From positions 573,644-637,643 of the forward strand of contig JBMNFV010000001.1 of the NCBI GenBank assembly GCA_050949505.1: a stretch of 64,000 nt of DNA. Reading direction: 5' to 3'. Position numbers and translations under genes: made by a program. The notes beneath the pieces were generated by a model that was given only the letters and a program-made list of their open reading frames with translations, did no database searches and was not told the origin of the DNA. Below are positions 26,309 through 35,060 of this stretch, piece after piece; positions within the stretch are counted from its first letter, which is position 1, and each line of letters opens with the position of its first letter. The DNA is from Patescibacteria group bacterium. Lineage in GTDB: Bacteria > Patescibacteriota > Patescibacteriia > Patescibacteriales > UBA12465.

Positions 26309-27049
26309 TTATTTAACTATCTTAACAAATTCACCAACCTGAAGGCTAGCACCTCCCACTAAAAGACCATCTACACCGGCTGCTGCTAAAAACTCTTGGG
26401 CGTTGTCTGCTTTTACGCTACCTCCATAAAGCACTGGAGGTACAATTTGATAAAGTTTTTGCCACTCAGCTTTAATAAATTGCTGCACTTGGCTAGCCTC
26501 TTGGGCCTTCATTGGCTTAGCGGCTTGATTAGTGCTAATTGCCCAAACTGGCTCATAGGCAATGATAATTTTCTTTAAACTTTTAACTGGTAGTCCGGTA
26601 AATATCTTTTTTAACTCGCGGCGCAGATAAATTTTAGTCTGACCCGCTAATTTAATAGCCTCAGTTTCACCTAGGCAAACGACTGGTTGAAGCTGAGCTT
26701 CTAGGGCGGCAATAATTTTATCCCTAATCAATTCTGGTGACTCCTGAAACCGAGCTCGTCTTTCGCTGTGACCAATGATTACATAATTCGCTCCTAGACT
26801 TCTAATAACTTGAGGGCTAACCTCGCCTGTTAAAGCCCCTTGCTTGGCTGGCGCACAATTTTGCGCTCCTAGTTTAAACTGACTATCTGTAAAAATTGGC
26901 GCTAGAAATGCTAAAGCAACATAATCTGGACAAACTATAATAGTATGGGAATTATCCTTAATTTTTTTAACATATTCCCTAGCTAATTTTAAGCTACTCA
27001 CTAGGTCTAGCTGCATTTTCCAATTAGCTAAGATAATTTTTTGACTCAT
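26309..27049 (-). CDS. tpiA: Triosephosphate isomerase
   Basis: 246-aa ORF with the NWKM, IIGHSERR and AYEPVWAIS motifs. Confidence 0.9.
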   Translation of the reverse strand: MSQKIILANWKMQLDLVSSLKLAREYVKKIKDNSHTIIVCPDYVALAFLAPIFTDSQFKLGAQNCAPAKQGALTGEVSPQVIRSLGANYVIIGHSERRARFQESPELIRDKIIAALEAQLQPVVCLGETEAIKLAGQTKIYLRRELKKIFTGLPVKSLKKIIIAYEPVWAISTNQAAKPMKAQEASQVQQFIKAEWQKLYQIVPPVLYGGSVKADNAQEFLAAAGVDGLLVGGASLQVGEFVKIVK

Positions 27050-27212
27050 ATCTTTTATTCCTTATTAACTAAATCCATCATAGCATTATTTTTTTAAAAA
27101 ATAAAATTATCGACTACTCTAGTATCGGTCCTCCTTATTGCTACCACTTTGTCTTAAACTTTTTGCCTCCAGTCTTGCTCTTATTTACCACTTTTAACAC
27201 CTAATCTAAGCC

Positions 27213-27241
27213 TTGCCTTCTTTGCTATTTTTTGCTAAAAT
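27213..27241 (+). promoter_or_regulatory. Candidate sigma70-type promoter for gyrB
   Basis: TTGCCT (27213-27218), 17-nt spacer, TAAAAT (27236-27241) preceded by TGC (extended -10). Leaves a ~80-nt leader. Confidence 0.4.
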
Positions 27242-27330
27242 AATAACATCAGTTTAGTTTATTTTATTATTTAATCAGCAAGAAATACCCGGCCTGACGG
27301 GGAATTTTTTTGTTTAAACCTGCATTACTT

Positions 27331-29352
27331 ATGGCTAAAAAATCAGAAAAAACTAATTACGGAGCCGATCAAATTACCGTGCTGGAGGGCTTAGACCCAA
27401 TCAGAAAGCGTCCGGGAATGTATATCGGTTCAACTTCTTCAGCTGGACTGCACCACCTAATTTGGGAGGTAGTTGATAATGCTATTGACGAGGCCATGGC
27501 TGGCTTTGCTAATGAAATTAAAGTGACTCTGCTCCCCGATGGTTACGTCGAGGTCTCTGACAATGGTCGGGGTATTCCGGTGGGCAAACATAAGACTACC
27601 GGGGTCTCGGCCTTAGAAACCGTTTTAACCAAACTACACGCTGGAGGAAAATTCGGTGGAGGTGGTTACAAGGTATCGGGAGGACTGCACGGAGTGGGAG
27701 TCTCTGTAGTTAATGCTTTAAGCGAACACTTACAAGCAGAAATTCATCGGGAAGGAAAAATTTGGCGACAAGACTATAAAATTGGTCAGGCCTTAAAACC
27801 TATTAAAAGTGTTGGCCCCTGCCAAGATAGTGGAACTATCATCACTTTTAAACCTGACCCTACTATTTTTACCGAAACTGAATTTAATTGGGGTAAAATA
27901 TTAGACCGTCTCCGTCAGCAAGCCTATCTAACCAAAGGTATTACAGTAAATGTTTTTGACAAGCGACCCGGTCACCGAGAAAAAAGTTATAAATTCCATT
28001 TTGAAGGCGGCATTAAGTCCTATATCAAGTCTTTGCATCGTAATAAGAATGTTAAAAATGAAACTGTTTTTTATATTGAAAAGGAGGTCACTGATGGCAA
28101 GGTGGAGATCGCCTTGCAATACAATGACGAATACAACGAAACCCTCTTAGCCTTTGCTAATAATATTCATAACCCTGAAGGCGGTACTCATGTCGTTGGT
28201 TTTAGATCAGCTTTAACCAGAACTTTAAACAACTACGCACGCTCTAAAAATCTCTTGAAGGATAAGCAAGATAATCTAAGTGGTGAAGATGTGCGCGAAG
28301 GCTTAACCGGAATTATTAGCGTTAAATTAACTGAACCACAATTTGAAGGTCAAACTAAGGGTAAGCTAGGTAATGCGGAAATGAAAGGTTATGTTGAGAC
28401 TACCTTTGGTGAAGCTTTTATGAACTATCTAGAAGAAAATCCCAAAGAAGCTGAGTCTATCATCGGCAAATGCCTATTATCTGCCCAAGCCCGTCTAGCC
28501 GCCCGCTCGGCTCGGGCCACTATCTTGCGTAAAGGAGCTCTAGAGGGCATGACCCTGCCGGGCAAACTAGCTGATTGTTCTAGTCGTCACCCTGAAGAAT
28601 GCGAGCTATTTATCGTTGAGGGAGACTCGGCTGGCGGTAGTGCTAAGCAAGGACGAAATCGTAAGTTTCAAGCGATTCTTCCCTTACGGGGTAAGATTCT
28701 CAATGTTGAGCGAGCCCGCTTAGATAAAATGTTAGCTAACAATGAGGTTAAGAACATGATTATTGCCTTTGGGACTAATATTAACGATCAATTAGATATT
28801 ACTAAACTGCGCTATCATCGGATTATCATCATGACTGACGCTGACGTTGATGGAGCTCATATTCGTACCCTGCTACTAACCCTATTTTTCCGTCACTTCA
28901 CTCCCCTAATTAGTGGTGGTCATGTTTATATCGCTCAGCCACCCCTTTATCAATTAAAGAAAGGGGCCACTATCCGCTACGCTTATAGTGACCAAGAGAA
29001 AGAAGCCATTATTTTAGAGCTAGGAGGCAGCGTTGAAGATAGTTTAGAGGTCGGTAAAGAGACTGATGAAGAAGAATCTCTTGAGGTGGCTACTTCAACT
29101 TCTAAGAAAAAGGCTGTTCCTGGTCGAGCTGATAAGATTAGAATTCAACGCTACAAAGGTTTGGGAGAAATGAATCCTGACCAACTATGGGAAACCACCA
29201 TGAATCCCGAAACTAGAACCATTAAACAGGTAACCATTGAGGATGCGGCACAAGCTGATTTAGTTTTTGATATGTTAATGGGTGATAACGTTGCTCCCCG
29301 AAAAAACTTTATTCAAACTCATGCTAAAAAAGTTCAAAATTTAGATATTTAA
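27331..29352 (+). CDS. gyrB: DNA gyrase subunit B
   Basis: Starts at ATG 27331 (MAKKSEKTNYGADQITVLEGLDPIRKRPGMYIGS). GHKL ATPase motif EVVDNAIDE, TOPRIM EGDSAGGS, PLRGKILNVE. gyrA is not adjacent. Confidence 0.92.
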   Translation: MAKKSEKTNYGADQITVLEGLDPIRKRPGMYIGSTSSAGLHHLIWEVVDNAIDEAMAGFANEIKVTLLPDGYVEVSDNGRGIPVGKHKTTGVSALETVLTKLHAGGKFGGGGYKVSGGLHGVGVSVVNALSEHLQAEIHREGKIWRQDYKIGQALKPIKSVGPCQDSGTIITFKPDPTIFTETEFNWGKILDRLRQQAYLTKGITVNVFDKRPGHREKSYKFHFEGGIKSYIKSLHRNKNVKNETVFYIEKEVTDGKVEIALQYNDEYNETLLAFANNIHNPEGGTHVVGFRSALTRTLNNYARSKNLLKDKQDNLSGEDVREGLTGIISVKLTEPQFEGQTKGKLGNAEMKGYVETTFGEAFMNYLEENPKEAESIIGKCLLSAQARLAARSARATILRKGALEGMTLPGKLADCSSRHPEECELFIVEGDSAGGSAKQGRNRKFQAILPLRGKILNVERARLDKMLANNEVKNMIIAFGTNINDQLDITKLRYHRIIIMTDADVDGAHIRTLLLTLFFRHFTPLISGGHVYIAQPPLYQLKKGATIRYAYSDQEKEAIILELGGSVEDSLEVGKETDEEESLEVATSTSKKKAVPGRADKIRIQRYKGLGEMNPDQLWETTMNPETRTIKQVTIEDAAQADLVFDMLMGDNVAPRKNFIQTHAKKVQNLDI

Positions 29353-29356
29353 ACTT

Positions 29357-29788
29357 ATGTATATTTATTTACTCGCACCAATTATCGCTTTTTCCTTAGC
29401 TCAGGGCACCAAAGTCTTGCTCCGCTCTAGACGACAAGCAATAACTTGGCGTGATATTTTTGCCTATTCCGATATGCCTAGTGGTCATACCTCAGTGGTA
29501 ATCGCCCTAGTCTCTATCTTAGCCCTTAAAGAGGGTTTAACCTCCCCGATCTTTGCTTGTGCCTTTGTTTATGCCATGATTGTGATCACCGATGCCATTG
29601 GTCTAAGAAACTACCTAGGCAATCAAGGCAAAACCTTAAATGTTTTAGTGGATGATTTACAAGAGGACGACTTTTTAGATCGTCCTTATCCCAAACATTT
29701 AGAGCGTATTGGTCACACTCCCTTACAAGTTTTAATTGGCGCCTTAATCGGCTCCCTAACTAGTTTAATCCTCTTCCTGATCTTCTAA
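29357..29788 (+). CDS. Divergent PAP2-family membrane protein (DUF212-like)
   Basis: 143-aa ORF with 3-4 TM helices and the motif SDMPSGHTSVV. Confidence 0.55.
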   Translation: MYIYLLAPIIAFSLAQGTKVLLRSRRQAITWRDIFAYSDMPSGHTSVVIALVSILALKEGLTSPIFACAFVYAMIVITDAIGLRNYLGNQGKTLNVLVDDLQEDDFLDRPYPKHLERIGHTPLQVLIGALIGSLTSLILFLIF

Positions 29789-30670
29789 TCCTAACTGCGC
29801 ACTCCATAAAGATTTACCGGTCAGCTTGGCCGGTATTTTTATAGCTAATAATTTTAAGATTGTCGGTGCTAGGTCAGTTAATGAACCTAGTTGTGGTAAG
29901 AGACTTAAGTCATCACTATCTAGCTCATTTTGTTGAGAAGTTTTTCCCGCTAAGTGCTTATTAACTAAAATAGCAGGAACGGGCTGTTGACTGAGTTCCT
30001 TGTTAATTAGGTCTGTGGTTAGGTCTCGGTAGCGCTCTGCGCCACCACTAGCCGCGCTCACTATTAAGTTAAAGTTATTATCTAAAGCAAGGGAAACTAT
30101 TTTACCTAAACTTTTATCAATTAACTCTACAAATTCTTGAATAGTTGCTAAGTCTGCTTGCTGAGCAATTGTTTCCGTCCCCGAAATACTTAAAACTACC
30201 AAGGAGTAGTTCTCTTCACTAAGCTTGGTAGTTAATTCTTTTCTTAGCAGACTTAAATTAGTCTCTAATTCCGCTGGAGTGTTTGCCACTTTAGGCAAAA
30301 ACACCCAGTCTTCGCCAGGGTACTTGGTCTCTTGCTCACCATTGAAATAATAACTAAGAGCAGTTAGGCGATCAGGGGTCCCTAGTTTTAACTGCTTTAG
30401 TCCCGCTAGGGAAACTAGCTGGCTAAGAGAAGTCTCTGCCACTAAGTCGCCTGTCTGTCCTGTTCCCATTACCGCATAGCGCTGATTAATTTCTTTATCA
30501 GGAACCGAAAGACTTAGTACTGGATAGTTTTTAATTAGCTTTAAAAAATTGGGTAAGTGACTAAAACTTAAAACATTAGCCTCACTGGGGGGAGCGATTC
30601 CCCAGCCATCAATTAGCAAGAGAATCACTGGCCGTGGAGACTGGGGCTCACTAGACGTCTGACTAGTCAT
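29765..30670 (-). CDS. Cofactor-independent phosphoglycerate mutase-like protein (phosphatase-domain only, degenerate)
   Basis: 301-aa ORF. The N-terminus PVILLLIDGWGIAPPSEANV and C-terminus GSLTDLAPTILKLLAIKIPAKLTGKSLW align to both ends of iPGM. The ~230-aa transferase domain is absent. Last gene after pgk-eno. Confidence 0.5.
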   Translation of the reverse strand: MTSQTSSEPQSPRPVILLLIDGWGIAPPSEANVLSFSHLPNFLKLIKNYPVLSLSVPDKEINQRYAVMGTGQTGDLVAETSLSQLVSLAGLKQLKLGTPDRLTALSYYFNGEQETKYPGEDWVFLPKVANTPAELETNLSLLRKELTTKLSEENYSLVVLSISGTETIAQQADLATIQEFVELIDKSLGKIVSLALDNNFNLIVSAASGGAERYRDLTTDLINKELSQQPVPAILVNKHLAGKTSQQNELDSDDLSLLPQLGSLTDLAPTILKLLAIKIPAKLTGKSLWSAQLGLEDQEED

Positions 30671-30677
30671 AAATTAA

Positions 30678-31937
30678 CTATTGTTTATTTAAAATTTCCT
30701 CTATCTCTAGAAGGCGATTATATTTTGCTAACCTCTCGCCTCGTGATAAGGAACCGGCCTTCAAATATTGAGCGCCACAAGCAACGGCTAAGTCAACAAT
30801 AAAGTCATCATTAGTTTCGCCACTGCGATGTGAGATTACTAATTCATAGCCATGACTTTGAGCTAACTTAAGATAGGCAATTGTTTCCGTTAGGGTACCG
30901 GCTTGTCCAGGCTTAACGACCACCGTATTAGCTACCTGCTCTTTAATCCCTCGTCGTAAGCGATCACTGCTGGTAGCAAAAATATCATCTCCAGATATTT
31001 TTAACTGTCCCCCTAATTCCGTACTAAGTTCGCGCCAAGCTGACCAATCATTCTCCGCTAAGGGGTCTTCTAGATAAATTAACGGATATTTTCTTAGCCA
31101 TTCATTATATAGTCCAATTAAATTATCCGCACTAAACTGAATGCTATCTAAGGGAAAGATATATTTTTGACTAGTCTCATCATAAAGTGACGAGGAGCCG
31201 ATGTCTAAACCTAAAAATAGATCTTCTCCTGGCTGGTAGCCTGCCCTAGTTATGGCAGCGATAATAAATTCTAAGGCCTCTATACTAGAGTCCATATCTG
31301 GAGCATAGCCTCCCTCTAGGCCGGTGTCGGTATCATAGTTAGACTCCTTTAGCACCTTAGCTAGCTCGCTAAAGACCTCCGCTCCCATTCTGACCATGGT
31401 CTCCGCTTGAGTTGGACGAGGGATTAGCAAGAATTCCTGAAAATCTAAATTAGTGTCAGCATAAGCGCCACCATTGAAGATATTAAATAAAGGGACTGGT
31501 AATTTAAACTCTGCGGGGTAGTCATATTTTTCACTTAAATAGACAAACAGCTCCTTCCCTTCGGCCAAAGCAGCGGCTCGGGCACAAGCTAGGGAAACGG
31601 CCATCATGGTATTAGCCCCTAAGACTCGCTTATCCTTGCTATCATCTAACTCAATTAAGCGCTGATCTATCATGGCCTGGTCACTAATTTCTAGCCCCTC
31701 TAGGGCGGGGGAGATCACATCTATCACCTTAGCGATCGCCAAAAGAACGCCTTGGCCCTGATAGCGATGCGGATCTTGGTCTCGTAATTCTAAGGACTCA
31801 TAAGAGGCTGGTAGAATACTACTTGGGGCACTGGCCTGAGCTTGAAGTTGATTGTCTAAAGTTACCTTAACTTCTATGGTGGGTTTTCCCAGAGAATTTA
31901 GGATCTCTCTGGCAGTAATTTGCTTTATTTTTGCCAT
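30678..31937 (-). CDS. eno: Enolase
   Basis: 419-aa ORF. AREILNS start, SHRSGETND and enolase-like sequence throughout. Confidence 0.92.
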   Translation of the reverse strand: MAKIKQITAREILNSLGKPTIEVKVTLDNQLQAQASAPSSILPASYESLELRDQDPHRYQGQGVLLAIAKVIDVISPALEGLEISDQAMIDQRLIELDDSKDKRVLGANTMMAVSLACARAAALAEGKELFVYLSEKYDYPAEFKLPVPLFNIFNGGAYADTNLDFQEFLLIPRPTQAETMVRMGAEVFSELAKVLKESNYDTDTGLEGGYAPDMDSSIEALEFIIAAITRAGYQPGEDLFLGLDIGSSSLYDETSQKYIFPLDSIQFSADNLIGLYNEWLRKYPLIYLEDPLAENDWSAWRELSTELGGQLKISGDDIFATSSDRLRRGIKEQVANTVVVKPGQAGTLTETIAYLKLAQSHGYELVISHRSGETNDDFIVDLAVACGAQYLKAGSLSRGERLAKYNRLLEIEEILNKQ

Positions 31938-31973
31938 ATAGTGATATTTTAAAAACTAAAAATTAATTATTTA

Positions 31974-33131
31974 TTACAATCCCGGCATTTCTTCTCCGCC
32001 CAGATAGGCGAGCAAGGCTCCCCCCGCCGTAGATACCCAGTCAACATACTCGGCCATCTTGGTTAAATTAAGGGCGGCAATTGTCTCTCCGCCACCAACC
32101 ACCCCGTAAGCTCGTCCCTTAGAGCGAGCCGCTACTGATCGGGCAATAGATAGAGTTCCCTGTTTAAAAGGCGCTTCTTCAAACTTACCCATTGGCCCAT
32201 TCCAAATTAGAGTCTGGGCTTGACTAATATACTTAGCAAAGAGACTGATGGTCTGAGGGCCAATGTCTAAGATCATTTCACTTTTAGTTAGCTGGTCTGG
32301 GCGACATAGTCTCACTCGTCCTAGTCGGTTTTTAACCACTACATCAATTGGGAGAATTATTTTAGACTTTAATTTATTTTGACTATAGAATTGCTGAAGC
32401 ACTGTTTGTCCAGTTTGATCTATTAAAGATTGTCCGACCTCCCAGCCCTGTTCGGCAAAAAAATTATTAGCCAAGGCCCCTCCAATGAGAATTTGATTAG
32501 CACTCTTAAATAGTTTAGCGATGAGCGGCGCCTTAGTCTCTATTTTAGCTCCCCCCATAATCACCACCAAGGGTAGGCGAGGCTTCACCACCTTATCTAG
32601 GGCTTGAAGCTCTTCGGTTAATAGTAGTCCAGCGTAAACTGGTAAATACTTTTTAATCGCTGCCACTGAGGCATGCGCCCGATGAGAAACGGCCAAGGCA
32701 TCATTAACATAGACATCTGCTAACCGTGCTAACTTTTCAGCAAACCCCTGGTCATTGCTAGTCTCCTCTGGTCTAAAACGTAGGTTTTCTAAGAGAATTA
32801 TCTCCCCCGGCTTTAATTTAGCAACCGCTGTTTTGACTTGATTGCCCAACACTTCGGGGATAAATTTAACTGGTCGTCCTAATAGTTTTTGTAAATGTTT
32901 AGCGACTGGTCTTAATGATAGCTCCTTTGACTCTCCCCGTGGTTGTCCTAGGTGGCTAATAATAATTAGACTGGTACCTTTAGCCAGTAGCCATTTAATG
33001 GTTTTTAATGAAGCTTGTAGGCGGTAATCTTCTTTAATCTTACCCTTCTCAATTACTACATTATAATCAACTCGCAACAAGACCCTTTGATTCTTTAAAT
33101 TTTTTAATTGCTTGATTGATTGAATTTTCAT
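31974..33131 (-). CDS. pgk: Phosphoglycerate kinase
   Basis: 385-aa ORF with RVDYNV, ISHLGQP, FRPEE and GGGET motifs. Confidence 0.92.
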   Translation of the reverse strand: MKIQSIKQLKNLKNQRVLLRVDYNVVIEKGKIKEDYRLQASLKTIKWLLAKGTSLIIISHLGQPRGESKELSLRPVAKHLQKLLGRPVKFIPEVLGNQVKTAVAKLKPGEIILLENLRFRPEETSNDQGFAEKLARLADVYVNDALAVSHRAHASVAAIKKYLPVYAGLLLTEELQALDKVVKPRLPLVVIMGGAKIETKAPLIAKLFKSANQILIGGALANNFFAEQGWEVGQSLIDQTGQTVLQQFYSQNKLKSKIILPIDVVVKNRLGRVRLCRPDQLTKSEMILDIGPQTISLFAKYISQAQTLIWNGPMGKFEEAPFKQGTLSIARSVAARSKGRAYGVVGGGETIAALNLTKMAEYVDWVSTAGGALLAYLGGEEMPGL

Positions 33132-33133
33132 AA

Positions 33134-34294
33134 TTAGTCAGCTAATTTTAAAGCTCCCAATCGTAAGTCCACCCGATTCTCCACTCCTGCTCGTAGATAG
33201 CTAAGAGTGATTTTATCGTTGGCCTTATACTCGGAAATTAAGTCAGCTAAGTCATTAGCACTACTTAATTCTTGATTATTAACCCAGGTAATTATATCCC
33301 CTGCTTGTAGACCAGCTTCGGCGGCGGGACTATCAGGAATAACCGCCACTTGATCAGTGGCTGGATAAATTAAAGCCCCCTTATTTAAACTAATCCCCCT
33401 AACTTCAACTGCCGCTAAATTTAAATAATTAACTCCTAGCTGAGGCCTTAAAGGAAACTCTCCCTCAGCTTTTAACCCGACCCAATAGTTATGGTAAATA
33501 AAAGCGGGAATAATTGTTTGCTGAGAGTCAATAATTGCCACTAAATCACCCGCTAAGTTAAACAGATAGGCATTTTGCTGACTGCTCTCCAATTCATTGG
33601 CTAAGCTAATAAAGGCCTGGGGGTGGTCACTGCTTAAGACTGAGTTAGACTTCTTAAAGGCTGCTAAACTGGTCGGCCAAACATTTCGGGCATTATCTAT
33701 CGCTAATAGTGTTTGTCCTTGAGCTAGGTCAGCCCGAGGAGCAATCTTTCTAACTGGTAAATTACTGGCCTCAGTTAAGTGGAAAAAGACAATCCCCGGT
33801 TCAGCAATAGTTGCTGGCTGCACTTTATCTATTTGATAAATTTTCCTATCACTAGTGATTGCTAGATAGTCAGAAATTAGCGAATCCTCTACCAGCTCTT
33901 CAGCGACGGCGGCCATAACCCAACCATCACTAGTGACTGCTAAGCCAACCAAATCTGGCTCTTCTAGGAAATAGTATTCTTCCTCATTTATCTGCGCTGC
34001 TGGCGAGATTGTCTTAGCTTTAAAGACACTCACCAAGGAAGAATTGATTGCTTGTAAGGTTTCTTCCGTCTTAACATCTTGATTAACAATCACTTTTTTC
34101 GGTTCCCTGATAATTAGACTAGACTGAGAGGGATTTAAGGCCCCTAAATTTAATTCTCCTGAATATAGAAAAGGATAATTACTCCCTCTTCCCCAATAGC
34201 TAGCTAACAAGGCCCCTAAAAACCCCGCTATCAAAGCAACTAATACTAATAAGCCAACTACTAATAAAGATTTGTCTTTAAAACGTTTAATCAT
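33134..34294 (-). CDS. Membrane-anchored HtrA/DegP-like protein with PDZ domain, catalytic triad not recognisable
   Basis: 386-aa ORF. N-terminal TM helix, a trypsin-fold-like middle and a C-terminal PDZ (DSPAAEAGLQAGDIITWVNNQEL). The GNSGGP position reads FNLAGDL. Confidence 0.5.
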   Translation of the reverse strand: MIKRFKDKSLLVVGLLVLVALIAGFLGALLASYWGRGSNYPFLYSGELNLGALNPSQSSLIIREPKKVIVNQDVKTEETLQAINSSLVSVFKAKTISPAAQINEEEYYFLEEPDLVGLAVTSDGWVMAAVAEELVEDSLISDYLAITSDRKIYQIDKVQPATIAEPGIVFFHLTEASNLPVRKIAPRADLAQGQTLLAIDNARNVWPTSLAAFKKSNSVLSSDHPQAFISLANELESSQQNAYLFNLAGDLVAIIDSQQTIIPAFIYHNYWVGLKAEGEFPLRPQLGVNYLNLAAVEVRGISLNKGALIYPATDQVAVIPDSPAAEAGLQAGDIITWVNNQELSSANDLADLISEYKANDKITLSYLRAGVENRVDLRLGALKLAD

Positions 34295-34303
34295 AAATTT
34301 AAA

Positions 34304-35059
34304 CTAACGCCAACGAGAGGCAAGTAGGATTATAAACATGGTAATTAGAGCAAACACTAAAGGCTTAATAATTAGTTTAGCTCTTAACCTTCCCTCCCGT
34401 CGCCAATTATTAAATAAAACTAGTAAATAAAAGATAATTGCGGCTAATAAGCCTTTAATATGATAACTAAGTGGTAAAAATAATATCGCTACTGACAACT
34501 CACCTAAGACCAAGCTATTTATTAGATAAAAATAACGATCCTCCCGACTAAGCTCCCAGTCCACTCTAGTCTGACTTAAAATTACTAAAACGCTAAGTAG
34601 TAATAAGCCACCCAATTGCCAATACGGCGGACTAAGGTAAATGGGTAGGGCATAAATCGTAGCCGTGGCAGTAAAGAAGGTCAAGAAGGAGGTGCTTAAA
34701 ACTAGTCTTTCTAAGCGCTCCTTTCTTTCTGGAGCTTGAAAAGATTGGTAATAATAAAGATTTTTTAAATAATAATAAACAACTACCGTCGCACTTAAAA
34801 TAACTCCCTGCACTAACCAGTGGTTAATTAAAATAGCACTAAAGGACATGACTGCCAAGAAAAACAAAACTGGATTAAGCGTTAATAATAACCAATAAGG
34901 TTGTGATTTTTTCTTCACTATTTTTCCCACCGTCAAGACAATTACTAAAGCGGCTAACGGTAAGGCGGTCCAAAAGAATTGCGGCCAGATCAAAAATCCT
35001 TGACTGAGCAAAAACAAGATTAAGGGACTAAGAATTAAACTTAAACCTTTCTTATTCAT
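34304..35059 (-). CDS. Polytopic membrane protein, unknown family
   Basis: 251-aa ORF with about 8 hydrophobic helices. 1-nt gap to the upstream gene. Confidence 0.5.
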   Translation of the reverse strand: MNKKGLSLILSPLILFLLSQGFLIWPQFFWTALPLAALVIVLTVGKIVKKKSQPYWLLLTLNPVLFFLAVMSFSAILINHWLVQGVILSATVVVYYYLKNLYYYQSFQAPERKERLERLVLSTSFLTFFTATATIYALPIYLSPPYWQLGGLLLLSVLVILSQTRVDWELSREDRYFYLINSLVLGELSVAILFLPLSYHIKGLLAAIIFYLLVLFNNWRREGRLRAKLIIKPLVFALITMFIILLASRWR

Positions 35060-35060
35060 A

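Noticed and set aside
27288-27311. Hairpin CCCG-N6-CGGG followed by a T-run in the gyrB leader, considered as an attenuator
   Set aside because: The stem has only 4 bp, which is too weak to call a terminator or attenuator from sequence alone.
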